DNA of 55,008 bases from Rickettsiales bacterium (GTDB lineage Bacteria > Margulisbacteria > Marinamargulisbacteria > GCA-2716485 > GCA-002719695). Shown piece by piece: positions 43,893-53,644 of the stretch. Every line of letters starts with the position of its first letter. Positions within the stretch are counted from its first letter, which is position 1. The DNA is taken from NCBI GenBank assembly GCA_038120575.1, contig JAYOLY010000001.1:1-55008 (forward strand), given 5' to 3'. The notes under the pieces are model-generated. The model did no database searches. It worked only from the letters and a program-made list of their open reading frames with translations, and was not told the origin of the DNA. Both the position numbers and the translations under genes were made by a program.

Positions 43893-44552
43893 ATGTTCAC
43901 AACTAGTTTGTCTAACTCTATAGTTCAATATATCGATTGGGTATTGGTATACCGAATCACTGTTGCTCTAATTTTTGGCTTTGTCTTAGGTTTAGAGCGA
44001 GAATATAGAGCCAAACCTGCCGGTGTAAAAACATTTGCTTTAATCTGTTTAGGATCAACAATAATCACTTACATGTCAACATCATTTGATGGCTTATCTG
44101 ACCCATCACGAATGGCCGCTCAAATTGTGTCGGGTTTAGGTTTTATTGGTGCTGGAGCAATTTTTCAATCAAAACGAGTGATAACAGGTCTAACAACAGC
44201 ATCTTCTTTATGGGTGATTGGTGCACTGGGAATTATGATTGGTTTAGGTTTTATCGTTGAAGCTGCCATTATTTTGTTGTTGATATATATATATTTTACA
44301 GTATCCAGATTATTTATAACCAAGCACATGAGACGATTAAAATACTCCGTGTCCATTTTACTAGATAGCAGCCAGGATATAGACGACTTAGAAGCTATAA
44401 TTTTAGCAAATAAAATCGATATACAATCTCGACTAGTTAAAAAAGGCAAAGGTGTCGCTATAGAATTAGTTTATTTAGCAAAAAAATCAATGAATGATAA
44501 ATTCATCAAGCAACTGGTAAAACAAGATTCAATAAAAAATATAGAACTTTAA
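43893..44552 (+). CDS. mgtC: MgtC/SapB family membrane protein
   Basis: The motif GLEREYRAKPAGVKTFALICLGSTII is present, with 4-5 TM helices and a soluble C-terminal domain. Confidence 0.75.
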   Translation: MFTTSLSNSIVQYIDWVLVYRITVALIFGFVLGLEREYRAKPAGVKTFALICLGSTIITYMSTSFDGLSDPSRMAAQIVSGLGFIGAGAIFQSKRVITGLTTASSLWVIGALGIMIGLGFIVEAAIILLLIYIYFTVSRLFITKHMRRLKYSVSILLDSSQDIDDLEAIILANKIDIQSRLVKKGKGVAIELVYLAKKSMNDKFIKQLVKQDSIKNIEL

Positions 44553-44557
44553 AATAA

Positions 44558-45085
44558 TTAAACAAATAAAAAGATAGAACTGACTAATAAAAAGGAAAAC
44601 CCTAAAATTAACATGATTAAGCTTTTATTAAACAATTGATATTTTCTGTATCGAATTTTCTTTTGAATAAGAATTTGTTCTGCATAAATAAGGTCCATTT
44701 TGGTGCTTACATAATCTTTGTATTCATGTTGCTTGCAATATAAGTCTAACCATTGTTCAGGACTATAATTTAAATCATCTTTTTTTAAAAGCAAATCATA
44801 CAGTTTATCGGTTGTAGATACAGGAGTTTTTGAGGTGTTCAATGAACCATAATTTATAACAGGTATAAACGAAATTGATGAAATGATGATACTACAAGAA
44901 AAACAAATAATAGCTAAAAAGAAAATAAATTGAGATATACCACTAAATGAATCCATTAAAAAAATAAGTCTAATAACAATTAGTGTATTTAAAACAATTA
45001 ATGCACCATTTTTGCTTTCTGCATATTTAACCCAATCAATGCTATGCGATAAAATATCAAATAATTTGTCATTTAAGTTTAACAT
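44558..45085 (-). CDS. hypothetical 3-TM protein, PycTM/SLATT-like pattern (orphan)
   Basis: The N-terminal IDWVKYAESKNGALIVLNTLIV resembles the (F/Y)AD.KA..LL..N signature of Pycsar/SLATT-type two-TM effector domains. Two adjacent TM helices, a ~70-aa helical segment and a terminal TM follow. Confidence 0.3.
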   Translation of the reverse strand: MLNLNDKLFDILSHSIDWVKYAESKNGALIVLNTLIVIRLIFLMDSFSGISQFIFFLAIICFSCSIIISSISFIPVINYGSLNTSKTPVSTTDKLYDLLLKKDDLNYSPEQWLDLYCKQHEYKDYVSTKMDLIYAEQILIQKKIRYRKYQLFNKSLIMLILGFSFLLVSSIFLFV

Positions 45086-45146
45086 CTTATAATAAGTATA
45101 TCATTATGTTTAAAAAATAATAAAAACGTAATAAAAAAACAAAAAA

Positions 45147-46850
45147 ATGATGTATAAAATAAAATATTTTATTTTACTGATGTTTATTGTGGGGATATGC
45201 CAAAGTCATTCAACTGCAGTACTAGATTCGACTGAAGTATCTGCTCAGTATGGAATGGTATCTTCTCAAGATGAGTATGCATCAGAAGTGGGTCTTAATA
45301 TTTTAAAGCAAGGCGGAAATGCAGTTGATGCAGCCATTGCCGTTGCTTACACGCTTGCCGTAACCCATCCTAGGGCAGGAAACATTGGTGGGGGAGGGTT
45401 CATGCTGATTTATGATCAAGAAACAAAAAAAGTATCCACAATTGATTTTCGTGAAAAAGCTCCTTTGAAAGCCTATAAAGAATTATTTATCGATCAAGAT
45501 GGACATGTTGATAATACAAAAGCACGATTTTCAATTTTTTCAGCAGGGGTTCCCGGAACAGTTGCAGGGTTAGAAGCCGTTTACAATAAATTTGGAACAC
45601 TGCCAAGAGAAATATTACTTAGAGACGCAATCAATTTTGCAAAAAATGGGTTTAAAATAGATTCAGATCAATATGATGTTTTGAAAAAGAAAGCAGATGT
45701 TTTGACACAAGATAAATATTTCAGACGGTTATTTTATGATAAAAAGAAAAGTGGCTATGAACCAAAGGAAATCATTGTTCAGAAACATTTAGCAACAACC
45801 TTAGACTCTATAAAAGAACATGGACAAAAAGGTTTTTATGAAGGAGATGTTGCAAAACATTTTGCTAATTATTTCAGAAAAAAGAAGGGGCTTATAACAC
45901 AAACTGATCTTAAACGGTATCAACCTGTTTGGAGAGAGCCTGTAGTTGGACGATACAAAAGTCGGTACGACATTTTCAGTATGCCTCCTCCAAGTTCGGG
46001 AGGAATTGCGCTTATTCAATTATTAAATATTTTAGAATCTAAAGATATTGAAACCCTAGAGCATAACTCTGCAGATTATATTCACACTATTGTTGAAGCT
46101 ATGAAATATGTTTATGCAGATCGAGCCGCTTATCTTGGCGATGAAGATTTTGTTGATGTGCCTGTTTCAAAATTAATAAGTAAGTCATATGCAGACACAA
46201 TAGCAAATTCGATTTCAACAAAAAATATTATTGCAGTTGATACCCTTCATCCAGAACTTCTTGATACCTCAGAAAGTATGGAAACAACTCATTTTTCGGT
46301 CATTGATAAAGAGGGGAACATGGTCAGTTGTACATATACATTAAATTTTGCTTTTGGAAATGGAATGATTGCAGGTAAAACGGGAATAATATTAAATAAT
46401 GAAATGGACGACTTTGTTGCGAAACCTGGAAGTCCCAATGGATTTGGATTACTGGGAAATGAAAAAAATGAAATTGCCCCTGAAAAACGAATGTTAAGCT
46501 CTATGACACCTACGTTAGTGTTTAAAGACAATAAACCGTTACTGATTACAGGAAGTCCAGGGGGAAGCACAATCATTACCTCCGTTTTTCAAACTATATT
46601 TAATGTGATTGAACATGAAATGGGAATTGGTCAAGCAAGTAGTGAAGCCAGATTTCATCATCAGTGGTATCCCGACATTATTGTGATGGAAGATCATCAT
46701 AACCAAAATACAGTTCAAGAACTAGAAAAAAGAGGTTATAAAATCAAAATAAAATCGTTGGGAATTACTCAAAGTATCATGCTGAACAAAAACAAATTAA
46801 CAGGAAAATCAGATCCAAGAAATATATCATCTTCTACTACTGGATATTAA
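45147..46850 (+). CDS. ggt: gamma-glutamyltranspeptidase
   Basis: It has a signal peptide and GNIGGGGFML. The autoprocessing nucleophile context is ETTHFSVIDKEGN. GSPGGSTII is present. Confidence 0.9.
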   Translation: MMYKIKYFILLMFIVGICQSHSTAVLDSTEVSAQYGMVSSQDEYASEVGLNILKQGGNAVDAAIAVAYTLAVTHPRAGNIGGGGFMLIYDQETKKVSTIDFREKAPLKAYKELFIDQDGHVDNTKARFSIFSAGVPGTVAGLEAVYNKFGTLPREILLRDAINFAKNGFKIDSDQYDVLKKKADVLTQDKYFRRLFYDKKKSGYEPKEIIVQKHLATTLDSIKEHGQKGFYEGDVAKHFANYFRKKKGLITQTDLKRYQPVWREPVVGRYKSRYDIFSMPPPSSGGIALIQLLNILESKDIETLEHNSADYIHTIVEAMKYVYADRAAYLGDEDFVDVPVSKLISKSYADTIANSISTKNIIAVDTLHPELLDTSESMETTHFSVIDKEGNMVSCTYTLNFAFGNGMIAGKTGIILNNEMDDFVAKPGSPNGFGLLGNEKNEIAPEKRMLSSMTPTLVFKDNKPLLITGSPGGSTIITSVFQTIFNVIEHEMGIGQASSEARFHHQWYPDIIVMEDHHNQNTVQELEKRGYKIKIKSLGITQSIMLNKNKLTGKSDPRNISSSTTGY

Positions 46851-47041
46851 ATTCACTTTTAATAAATGTTTAAAAAACAGTCTAAATGGGAATATACATC
46901 TACTATGGAAGATAAAATGCTCGACAAAAAATTTAAAAAACTTTGTGAAAAAATTGATTTAAAAAAATATCGAGTCTTAAACAGAATGCAATACATCATG
47001 AATTATGGCGAATACACAATTTGCTATGAATTTTTCTTAAA

Positions 47042-48259
47042 CTAACGCGAATTCAATAAAATAATTTGTCCCATACTTGCATGGTTGTACATGGATTGTA
47101 CAGATTTAAGCGTATGTGATGATTTAATTCCAAATAAATAGAAATGCTTCTTATGGTAACGTATAGGAGTTTTTAGTCTAATGTTTATCTTATATAAAGG
47201 ATAGGACTCAAAATGGCCTTGTCCTTTTAAAATAAGGATAGATGCTTCTTGATAGGCTTTTTTATAATCATCACTATATAGATATATTAAACAAACGACA
47301 TCTTGTGTATTATTTGAAATATACCGTAATTGACCTGACTTTAAATATGGCTTTAAATGAATAAAAGAAGGTGATGATAAAAGTAATTCAAAATCTGAAA
47401 ATGTCATATCATTTAAAATGGGGTTAGATTTTAACGACATAATAACGTTATGCCCATGAATTAATAATAATTCAATAAGTAATAAATCAAAAAAAACTTC
47501 TCCAGCATTGTCACATTCATACAAAAAAACTTGTTGAGGACCAACTAAATCATTGTGCAAAGACTCCCAATAAAACAACTTATTATGATTAATTAATTCT
47601 GAAACCCATTCTTTTTGATCCAAAACATCATTAATTTCTTCTGAAAAACTTAATAAAAAGCGAGATGGATTATAAAGATAATTATCAATCCAATTGGCTC
47701 TGATAACTAAATAGAGTACATGATGAAAGGGAAGTGTTTTGTTGATAACCAGATCTCTTAATTCATTATAAGACTGCAATCCAAAGGTGTTTTGTTCTTC
47801 TTTGTCGCTACTGTAAAAATCTTGCTTTAAATTGATATGTGATAAAAATATAGAACTACAATGAGTTAAATAAGAAAATAATTCGGTGTAAGACCAAGAA
47901 TGAATGATAGACCAATGTGTTGAAAGCAGAGAAGAAATTAATTTAAAAAATAGATCTAAAGCACTTTGATTAATAGATATATTTTTTTCTTTTAGGGGAT
48001 AAAAATATCCTTGCTTCAAATGCATACAAATTGAATCAATTGCACGTTTTTTAAAAAAGGTGTGTTTTCCAAAAAAGTAATTAAGATATGTTGTTGTAAG
48101 GTTGCTGCCAGCAAAATGTAGCGTTTGATAAGATGGCCAAAACTCTGAACCATCAATCAGCCAATTTAAATTAATCTTATTTTCTTTAAATAAGGTTGTT
48201 GATGTTATAAATTCAGATGTAAATAAATGAAGGTCAGATTCTAAAGTTGATTTAGGCAC
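47042..48259 (-). CDS. DUF89 (ARMT1-like damage-control phosphatase) family protein
   Basis: Motifs CDNAGEVFFDLLLIE, SNPILNDMT and ILKGQGHFE are present. It has a GTG start 9 nt downstream of the aroQ stop. Confidence 0.65.
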   Translation of the reverse strand: MPKSTLESDLHLFTSEFITSTTLFKENKINLNWLIDGSEFWPSYQTLHFAGSNLTTTYLNYFFGKHTFFKKRAIDSICMHLKQGYFYPLKEKNISINQSALDLFFKLISSLLSTHWSIIHSWSYTELFSYLTHCSSIFLSHINLKQDFYSSDKEEQNTFGLQSYNELRDLVINKTLPFHHVLYLVIRANWIDNYLYNPSRFLLSFSEEINDVLDQKEWVSELINHNKLFYWESLHNDLVGPQQVFLYECDNAGEVFFDLLLIELLLIHGHNVIMSLKSNPILNDMTFSDFELLLSSPSFIHLKPYLKSGQLRYISNNTQDVVCLIYLYSDDYKKAYQEASILILKGQGHFESYPLYKINIRLKTPIRYHKKHFYLFGIKSSHTLKSVQSMYNHASMGQIILLNSR

Positions 48260-48268
48260 AAGTAAGAT

Positions 48269-48709
48269 CTAGAAACGTTCTTTAATCGCAGTCAAAGCCA
48301 TAATATAGCCGAACCCACCAAAGCCAGAAATTTGCCCCTTACAAACAGGAGCTGATAGCGACTTATGACGAAATTCTTCTCTGGCATGAATATTTGATAA
48401 ATGGACCTCAATCACAGGGCCGTCGATGCTGCTAATGGCATCGCGAATGGCTACAGAGGTATGTGTGTAAGCTGCTGGGTTAATAACAATAGCATTAAAT
48501 TCACCTGATTGATGAAGTTTATCAACAATTTCACCTTCATGATTAGATTGAAACAACTCGATTGACATATTGTTTTTAGATCCAAAATCGCTGATTTGTT
48601 CGTTAATAGAATCAAGTGTTTCTGTTCCATAAACATCTGGCTCTCGTTGCCCTAACTTGTTTAAATTTGGACCATGGATAACTAAAATTGATAATGTATT
48701 TGACGTCAT
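48269..48709 (-). CDS. aroQ: type II 3-dehydroquinate dehydratase
   Basis: Motifs ILVIHGPNLN.LG.REP..YG, INPAAYTHTSVA and HLSNIHAREEFR are present. Confidence 0.9.
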   Translation of the reverse strand: MTSNTLSILVIHGPNLNKLGQREPDVYGTETLDSINEQISDFGSKNNMSIELFQSNHEGEIVDKLHQSGEFNAIVINPAAYTHTSVAIRDAISSIDGPVIEVHLSNIHAREEFRHKSLSAPVCKGQISGFGGFGYIMALTAIKERF

Positions 48710-48739
48710 TGAACCTACCTCATTGAAATTATATAAAAA

Positions 48740-49849
48740 TTATCGCATTTTATCCGCTAAAAAGGAAATGCTCTCATCAATCAGTGTCGTTGAGACAGTA
48801 GTATCTTGCAGAACGTTACCAATTTTAGTGGGAAGAATAAAACGAATTTTTCCATTAGATATTTTTTTGTCTAAACTTAACTTTTCATGTAATGAGGTTA
48901 AATTAATTGTTGGAATGTGCATTTTAAACTTATAAGCCTCAATAAGGTCGTAAATTCGATCGGCTTCTGATGATTCAATATGCTGCTTTTGTGTTGCAAT
49001 ATACGTTGCCGCTATCATTCCAAAGGCAACACATTCTCCATGTTTGAAGTCATAATTTCCAAAAATAGCTTCTAAGCCATGTCCAATGGTATGTCCAAAA
49101 TTTAAAATAGCCCGTAAATTAGCTTCTTTTTCATCTTTTGCAACAACATCAACTTTATTTTGTGCAGAACGCTGGATAATATAATCCCATTTTTCATGGT
49201 ATTGCGTCATATCATAATTCCTCAAATCATCACTATGCTGTTCAAGAAACATAAATAAATTGGGATCACAAATCACACCATATTTAATGACTTCTGCAAA
49301 CCCAGATCGAATCTCTTCTTTAGGTAAAGAAACCAATAGATTAGGGTCCATAACAATCAATTGAGGTTGATAAAACGATCCAATAAGGTTTTTACCTGTG
49401 GGATGGTTTATACCTGTTTTACCTCCAATGGATGAATCAACTTGGGCTAGTAATGTTGTCGGAACATGAACAAGGTGAATGCCTCTCAAGCAAATACTTG
49501 CAACAAAACCTGCTAGATCCCCAATTACGCCACCTCCAAGAGCTATGATGCAATCATGGCGTTCCACTTTACTTTCCAAAATTTGGCTTAGAAGAGTTTG
49601 TAGACACTCCATTGACTTAGATGATTCTCCTTCAGGAACAAAAAAATGATCTACCTTGGCATGATTAAGTTGTTTTACGATAGTATGACCATACAAGTTA
49701 AAAATCTGTTCATGAGAAATAATAATAAATCGCTTAGATGGAATCTGATTTGAAATAAGTGATCCAACGGCTTCTAAATTATCTCTCTGAATAAATATAG
49801 GGTACGATTTTCCAATTGGCAAATTAACATCAATATGATTAATGGTCAT
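48740..49849 (-). CDS. aroB: 3-dehydroquinate synthase
   Basis: Motifs GGGVIGDLAGFVA, SSIGGKTGINH and the metal-ligand context GHTIGHGLE are present. Confidence 0.9.
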   Translation of the reverse strand: MTINHIDVNLPIGKSYPIFIQRDNLEAVGSLISNQIPSKRFIIISHEQIFNLYGHTIVKQLNHAKVDHFFVPEGESSKSMECLQTLLSQILESKVERHDCIIALGGGVIGDLAGFVASICLRGIHLVHVPTTLLAQVDSSIGGKTGINHPTGKNLIGSFYQPQLIVMDPNLLVSLPKEEIRSGFAEVIKYGVICDPNLFMFLEQHSDDLRNYDMTQYHEKWDYIIQRSAQNKVDVVAKDEKEANLRAILNFGHTIGHGLEAIFGNYDFKHGECVAFGMIAATYIATQKQHIESSEADRIYDLIEAYKFKMHIPTINLTSLHEKLSLDKKISNGKIRFILPTKIGNVLQDTTVSTTLIDESISFLADKMR

Positions 49850-50358
49850 AGCAAAGTCTCTCTCGAAGATATTATTTTGTTCGCAATTTGATTAACAGTT
49901 AACGAATCTACGTTCAGTGTAATCGTTGCGATTTCATTGTATAACGGATCTCGCTGAACTAAAAGCTCCTCAAGAATTGTTTGTCTATTTTCATGTTGTA
50001 ATAAAGGACGCTTGGTATCATGTTTTAAGCGGTTGATAATTGTTTCAAAAGATACAGAAAGATAAACAACAAAGCCCAACTGAGTTAAAATAGCCCTGTT
50101 TTTGGAATCTAAAATAATGCCTCCACCAGTTGAAATAATAGTATTTTGATAGTTTTTTAAAGCATTACACATCGTGCTTTCCCAAGTTCTAAAATAGTGT
50201 TCAGATACAGAAAATAAGTCTGAAATAGTTTTCCCAGATTGCGATTCAATTAATTTGTCTGTATCAACCCATTTTAAATCAAGTTGTTTCGCTAGTTGTC
50301 TAGCAATGGTTGTTTTTCCAGAGCCCATCATACCAATTAACACAATATTATTGTTCAA
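49846..50358 (-). CDS. aroK: shikimate kinase
   Basis: The P-loop is LIGMMGSGKTT. It is 170 aa long and overlaps aroB by 4 nt. Confidence 0.9.
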   Translation of the reverse strand: MNNNIVLIGMMGSGKTTIARQLAKQLDLKWVDTDKLIESQSGKTISDLFSVSEHYFRTWESTMCNALKNYQNTIISTGGGIILDSKNRAILTQLGFVVYLSVSFETIINRLKHDTKRPLLQHENRQTILEELLVQRDPLYNEIATITLNVDSLTVNQIANKIISSRETLL

Positions 50359-50458
50359 AATTCTGAATCCTTTAACACAGTAGACATGTAAACAGTATAT
50401 TAAAGAGAGAAAAATAAGAAAAGGTCAGTAAGGTTTATTGTATTGTGTCTATGATTCC

Positions 50459-51034
50459 TTAAGATAGATATAATACACAGTTTCTTACATCTTTACAATT
50501 TCCAATATAAAAATAATCTGCTTTTGATTTTGGATTTATATATCTGAGTTTAAATTTTACTATTAATTCTAATGAGAACCTTTTAATATTCTCATCTATT
50601 TCACTCGTATCAAACTTCTTAAGTTTTTGAAGGTAAAGCTTCTCAAAAGTTTTCTCAGTAACATTTGTAAACAATACACTGTCTATTTTCTTCATTAGTT
50701 CAATAGTTTGAATATTTGTTCTCGTTTTTTCGTAACAGTGTTTATTTTTTAATACAATAAAATGCATCACAACAATCATCTTCAACGTAGCGTCATTATC
50801 AATCTTTAGCTCTTTTTTGAGTGTATCTTGTTTGTCTGGTGTTAATTGATTAGGAAAAATAGTAATTAAATTTTCAAAAACATTTTTACACATTTCTTGA
50901 GTAGTGCTAACACATTCTTCCCAAGTTTGTTGATTAGGAGAAAAAAAAGCTCGTTGTAGGGGCGGACTTACTGTATCGCAAGATATACTTGCTAAATATA
51001 AACCCGGTGTTTGTTCAATAGAAAATGAACTCAT
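50459..51034 (-). CDS. hypothetical protein (191 aa)
   Basis: It lies 24 nt downstream of the methyltransferase gene on the same strand. No motif recognised. Confidence 0.45.
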   Translation of the reverse strand: MSSFSIEQTPGLYLASISCDTVSPPLQRAFFSPNQQTWEECVSTTQEMCKNVFENLITIFPNQLTPDKQDTLKKELKIDNDATLKMIVVMHFIVLKNKHCYEKTRTNIQTIELMKKIDSVLFTNVTEKTFEKLYLQKLKKFDTSEIDENIKRFSLELIVKFKLRYINPKSKADYFYIGNCKDVRNCVLYLS

Positions 51035-51058
51035 ATAAAACCTAAAATAAATATATAT

Positions 51059-51721
51059 TTAAATTGAAATAACACCACATTTATTTCCAATGATCGAGTA
51101 TGAAAGACCATGAGCATTGACATGTTCCATAAACGCTTGATATGCACCATCCCAGCTATTATTATCTTTAACGTCATCAACGATTATAGTAGATCCTCTT
51201 TGAACCAAATCTGAAATAGCAGCCAACACATGCTGTGTAGGTTTGTATAAATCAACATCTAAAAAAACAATATCAATACATGAGTGTTGATTAAAATTAT
51301 AGGACTTAGCATCAGATTGAATAGGTTTAATGAAAGGAAATTCTTTAAAATTATTTTTCCAAGTTTCAAAATCATTGTAATTAAACCCGATCAATTCTTG
51401 TTTAGTTTTTCCGCGTTGTTCAGTTTCATGCAATAAGTCACTTGCAGTAAAAGACGAAAATGTATCGATACAATAATAGTCACAATTATAATGTTGATTA
51501 CGGATATGTTCTGCAACAAAGCGTGTTGTTAAACCTCTTGCAACACCAATTTCAAAAAAATTAAAGGAAGATTTTCTTGAAGCAACTTTTTCAATCGTAT
51601 TAATAATAGTTGTCAATTGGATAGGTTCAACTCCAAAATTATAACGGGGCTTTCCAAATGATGTATATTTAAAAACAAGTCGTTTGATATACTGCTTTAA
51701 CATAAGTTGAATATAGGACAT
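51059..51721 (-). CDS. class I SAM-dependent methyltransferase, TylF/MycF-like (Methyltransf_24-type)
   Basis: The motifs FFEIGVARGLTT and IVFLDVDLYKPT are present, with a metal/substrate Asp pattern typical of TylF-like O-methyltransferases. Confidence 0.6.
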   Translation of the reverse strand: MSYIQLMLKQYIKRLVFKYTSFGKPRYNFGVEPIQLTTIINTIEKVASRKSSFNFFEIGVARGLTTRFVAEHIRNQHYNCDYYCIDTFSSFTASDLLHETEQRGKTKQELIGFNYNDFETWKNNFKEFPFIKPIQSDAKSYNFNQHSCIDIVFLDVDLYKPTQHVLAAISDLVQRGSTIIVDDVKDNNSWDGAYQAFMEHVNAHGLSYSIIGNKCGVISI

Positions 51722-51786
51722 TAGTATAAGTTATCATGAAATAAAAAAATGTAGAATATGAAGTTGAGAAAGAGGAGGAGAGACGA

Positions 51787-53607
51787 TTACTCTACCGTCA
51801 CCGACTTCGCAAGATTTCGTGGTTGATCTACATCACAATCTAGTTTGATTGAAATGTAGTAAGATAAAAGTTGTAATGGGATAGCAACAAGTAGCGGTGT
51901 AAGGTCTTCATGAGTTTTCGGAATGTAGATGATATCATCAGCATATTTACTAATGTCTTCATTGCCCTCAGTGGCAACAACAATGGTTTTTCCTTTTCTA
52001 GATTTTACTTCTTGTATATTAGAAAACATTTTATCGTATGTTGGTGAATCAGGTGCAATACACACAGTCGGAAGTTTTGAATCAATTAAAGCAATAGGGC
52101 CATGTTTAAGTTCTCCAGCAGCATAACCTGTTGCATGAATATACGAAATTTCTTTAAGTTTTAAGGCGCCTTCGAGTGCAGATGGATAATTCATGCCTCG
52201 GCCAATAAATAAAAACTGATTACTTAAATAATACTTATCTGCAATCGCTTTTATATCATCAGCTTTGGCTAGGATACGTTCGATAAATTCTGGAATTTTT
52301 TTTAGCTCCTGAATCATATCCACAGCTTGCTTTGAATCAATAGCTTTATTAATTTTTGAAAAATATATTGTAAATAAATAAATGCTTGTAAGCTGTGCTA
52401 AAAAATTTTTCGTAGAGGCAACGCCAACTTCTTGGCCAGAATGACTGTATATAACTCCATCAGACTCTCTATCAATAGAGCTGTTTTTTACATTAACAAA
52501 AGATAAAACTCTAAAAAACTGGCTTTTAGCTTCTCTAATTCCAGCCAATGTATCTGCTGTTTCGCCAGACTGAGAAATAGCTAGAATGACGTCATTTCCA
52601 TGAGAAATCATTTGCCGGTATCTAAATTCAGATGAAATATCAACTTCTGTTAATACTTTAGAGTATTTCTCTATTAAATATTTTCCAATTAATCCAGCAT
52701 GCCAAGATGTTCCACACGCTTGAATTAAAAATCGCGAAACATTTTTAAAATCGAATCCATTAAGTTTGTTAAACGAAATATCATTAGTCTCTGTTAAATA
52801 TTTGGATAGGATTCGACGAATAACACTAGGCTGTTCAAAGATTTCTTTAAGCATGTAATGCTCATATCCTTCTTTTTCGGAATCAGAGGGAGACCACTCA
52901 ACAGTTTGAATATCAAAAGGAACTTTTTTTCCTTTATTATCAAATACATTAATTGAAGATCTAGAAATCGTTGCTATTTGATTATCTTCTAAATAAATTA
53001 ATTTTTTTGTGTGGGGTAGAAGCGCATTAATATCAGATGATATAAAATTTTCATCTTCACCAACACCAATAATTAAAGGACTCCCTTTTTTTGCTACAAC
53101 CATTTCATTTGGAGATTTTTCAGAAATAACAGCTAAAGCATAGCTACCATCTAATTTTGGCAAGGATGTCTTTACAGAATAAAATAAATTATCTGTTAGA
53201 TTTTTTTCAATTAAATGAACAATAACTTCGGTGTCTGTGTCTGAGCGAAAAATAAAACCATCTTCAGATAGTTCTTTTTTAAGCTCAATATAATTTTCAA
53301 TAATTCCATTGTGTACAACACATACATTTTTGGAATCCGTTGTATGCGGGTGAGAATTAACATCATTAGGAATACCATGTGTTGCCCATCGGGTGTGACC
53401 AATGCCTAGTTCAGCATGCAATGTCATGTTGTCTAGAACTTTACCTAATTCACTAATTTTTCCAGATTTTTTCCATGAGCTCAGCTCTCCATTGGAAATA
53501 ATTCCAATACCTGATGAATCGTAACCGCGATAACTTAGCCTTTCCAGCCCAACTAATAAAACAGATGTGATATCTTTATCACCAACATAACCAATAATTC
53601 CACACAT
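51787..53607 (-). CDS. glmS: glutamine--fructose-6-phosphate aminotransferase (isomerizing)
   Basis: It has the N-terminal nucleophile MCGIIGYVG, two SIS domains and the C-terminal KSVTVE. Confidence 0.95.
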   Translation of the reverse strand: MCGIIGYVGDKDITSVLLVGLERLSYRGYDSSGIGIISNGELSSWKKSGKISELGKVLDNMTLHAELGIGHTRWATHGIPNDVNSHPHTTDSKNVCVVHNGIIENYIELKKELSEDGFIFRSDTDTEVIVHLIEKNLTDNLFYSVKTSLPKLDGSYALAVISEKSPNEMVVAKKGSPLIIGVGEDENFISSDINALLPHTKKLIYLEDNQIATISRSSINVFDNKGKKVPFDIQTVEWSPSDSEKEGYEHYMLKEIFEQPSVIRRILSKYLTETNDISFNKLNGFDFKNVSRFLIQACGTSWHAGLIGKYLIEKYSKVLTEVDISSEFRYRQMISHGNDVILAISQSGETADTLAGIREAKSQFFRVLSFVNVKNSSIDRESDGVIYSHSGQEVGVASTKNFLAQLTSIYLFTIYFSKINKAIDSKQAVDMIQELKKIPEFIERILAKADDIKAIADKYYLSNQFLFIGRGMNYPSALEGALKLKEISYIHATGYAAGELKHGPIALIDSKLPTVCIAPDSPTYDKMFSNIQEVKSRKGKTIVVATEGNEDISKYADDIIYIPKTHEDLTPLLVAIPLQLLSYYISIKLDCDVDQPRNLAKSVTVE

Positions 53608-53644
53608 AGAGCCTCAGTATATCATTGAAAAAATAAAAAATAAA

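Noticed and set aside
46905-47045. A possible 46-codon ORF (MEDKMLDKKFKKLCEKIDLKKYRVLNRMQYIMNYGEYTICYEFFLN) in the 190-nt gap after ggt.
   Set aside because: It has no Shine-Dalgarno, no recognisable motif, and a K-rich composition expected by chance in AT-rich DNA. I kept it only as a note. Ribo-seq or conservation could revive it.
53608-53644. A glmS ribozyme or other leader RNA upstream of glmS, and riboswitches upstream of the sulfur operon, bioA and metY.
   Set aside because: Only 37 nt separate glmS from recN. The sulfur operon leader is about 30 nt after the predicted -10 element. The bioA upstream gap is 87 nt of AT-rich sequence without conserved riboswitch cores that I could recognise.
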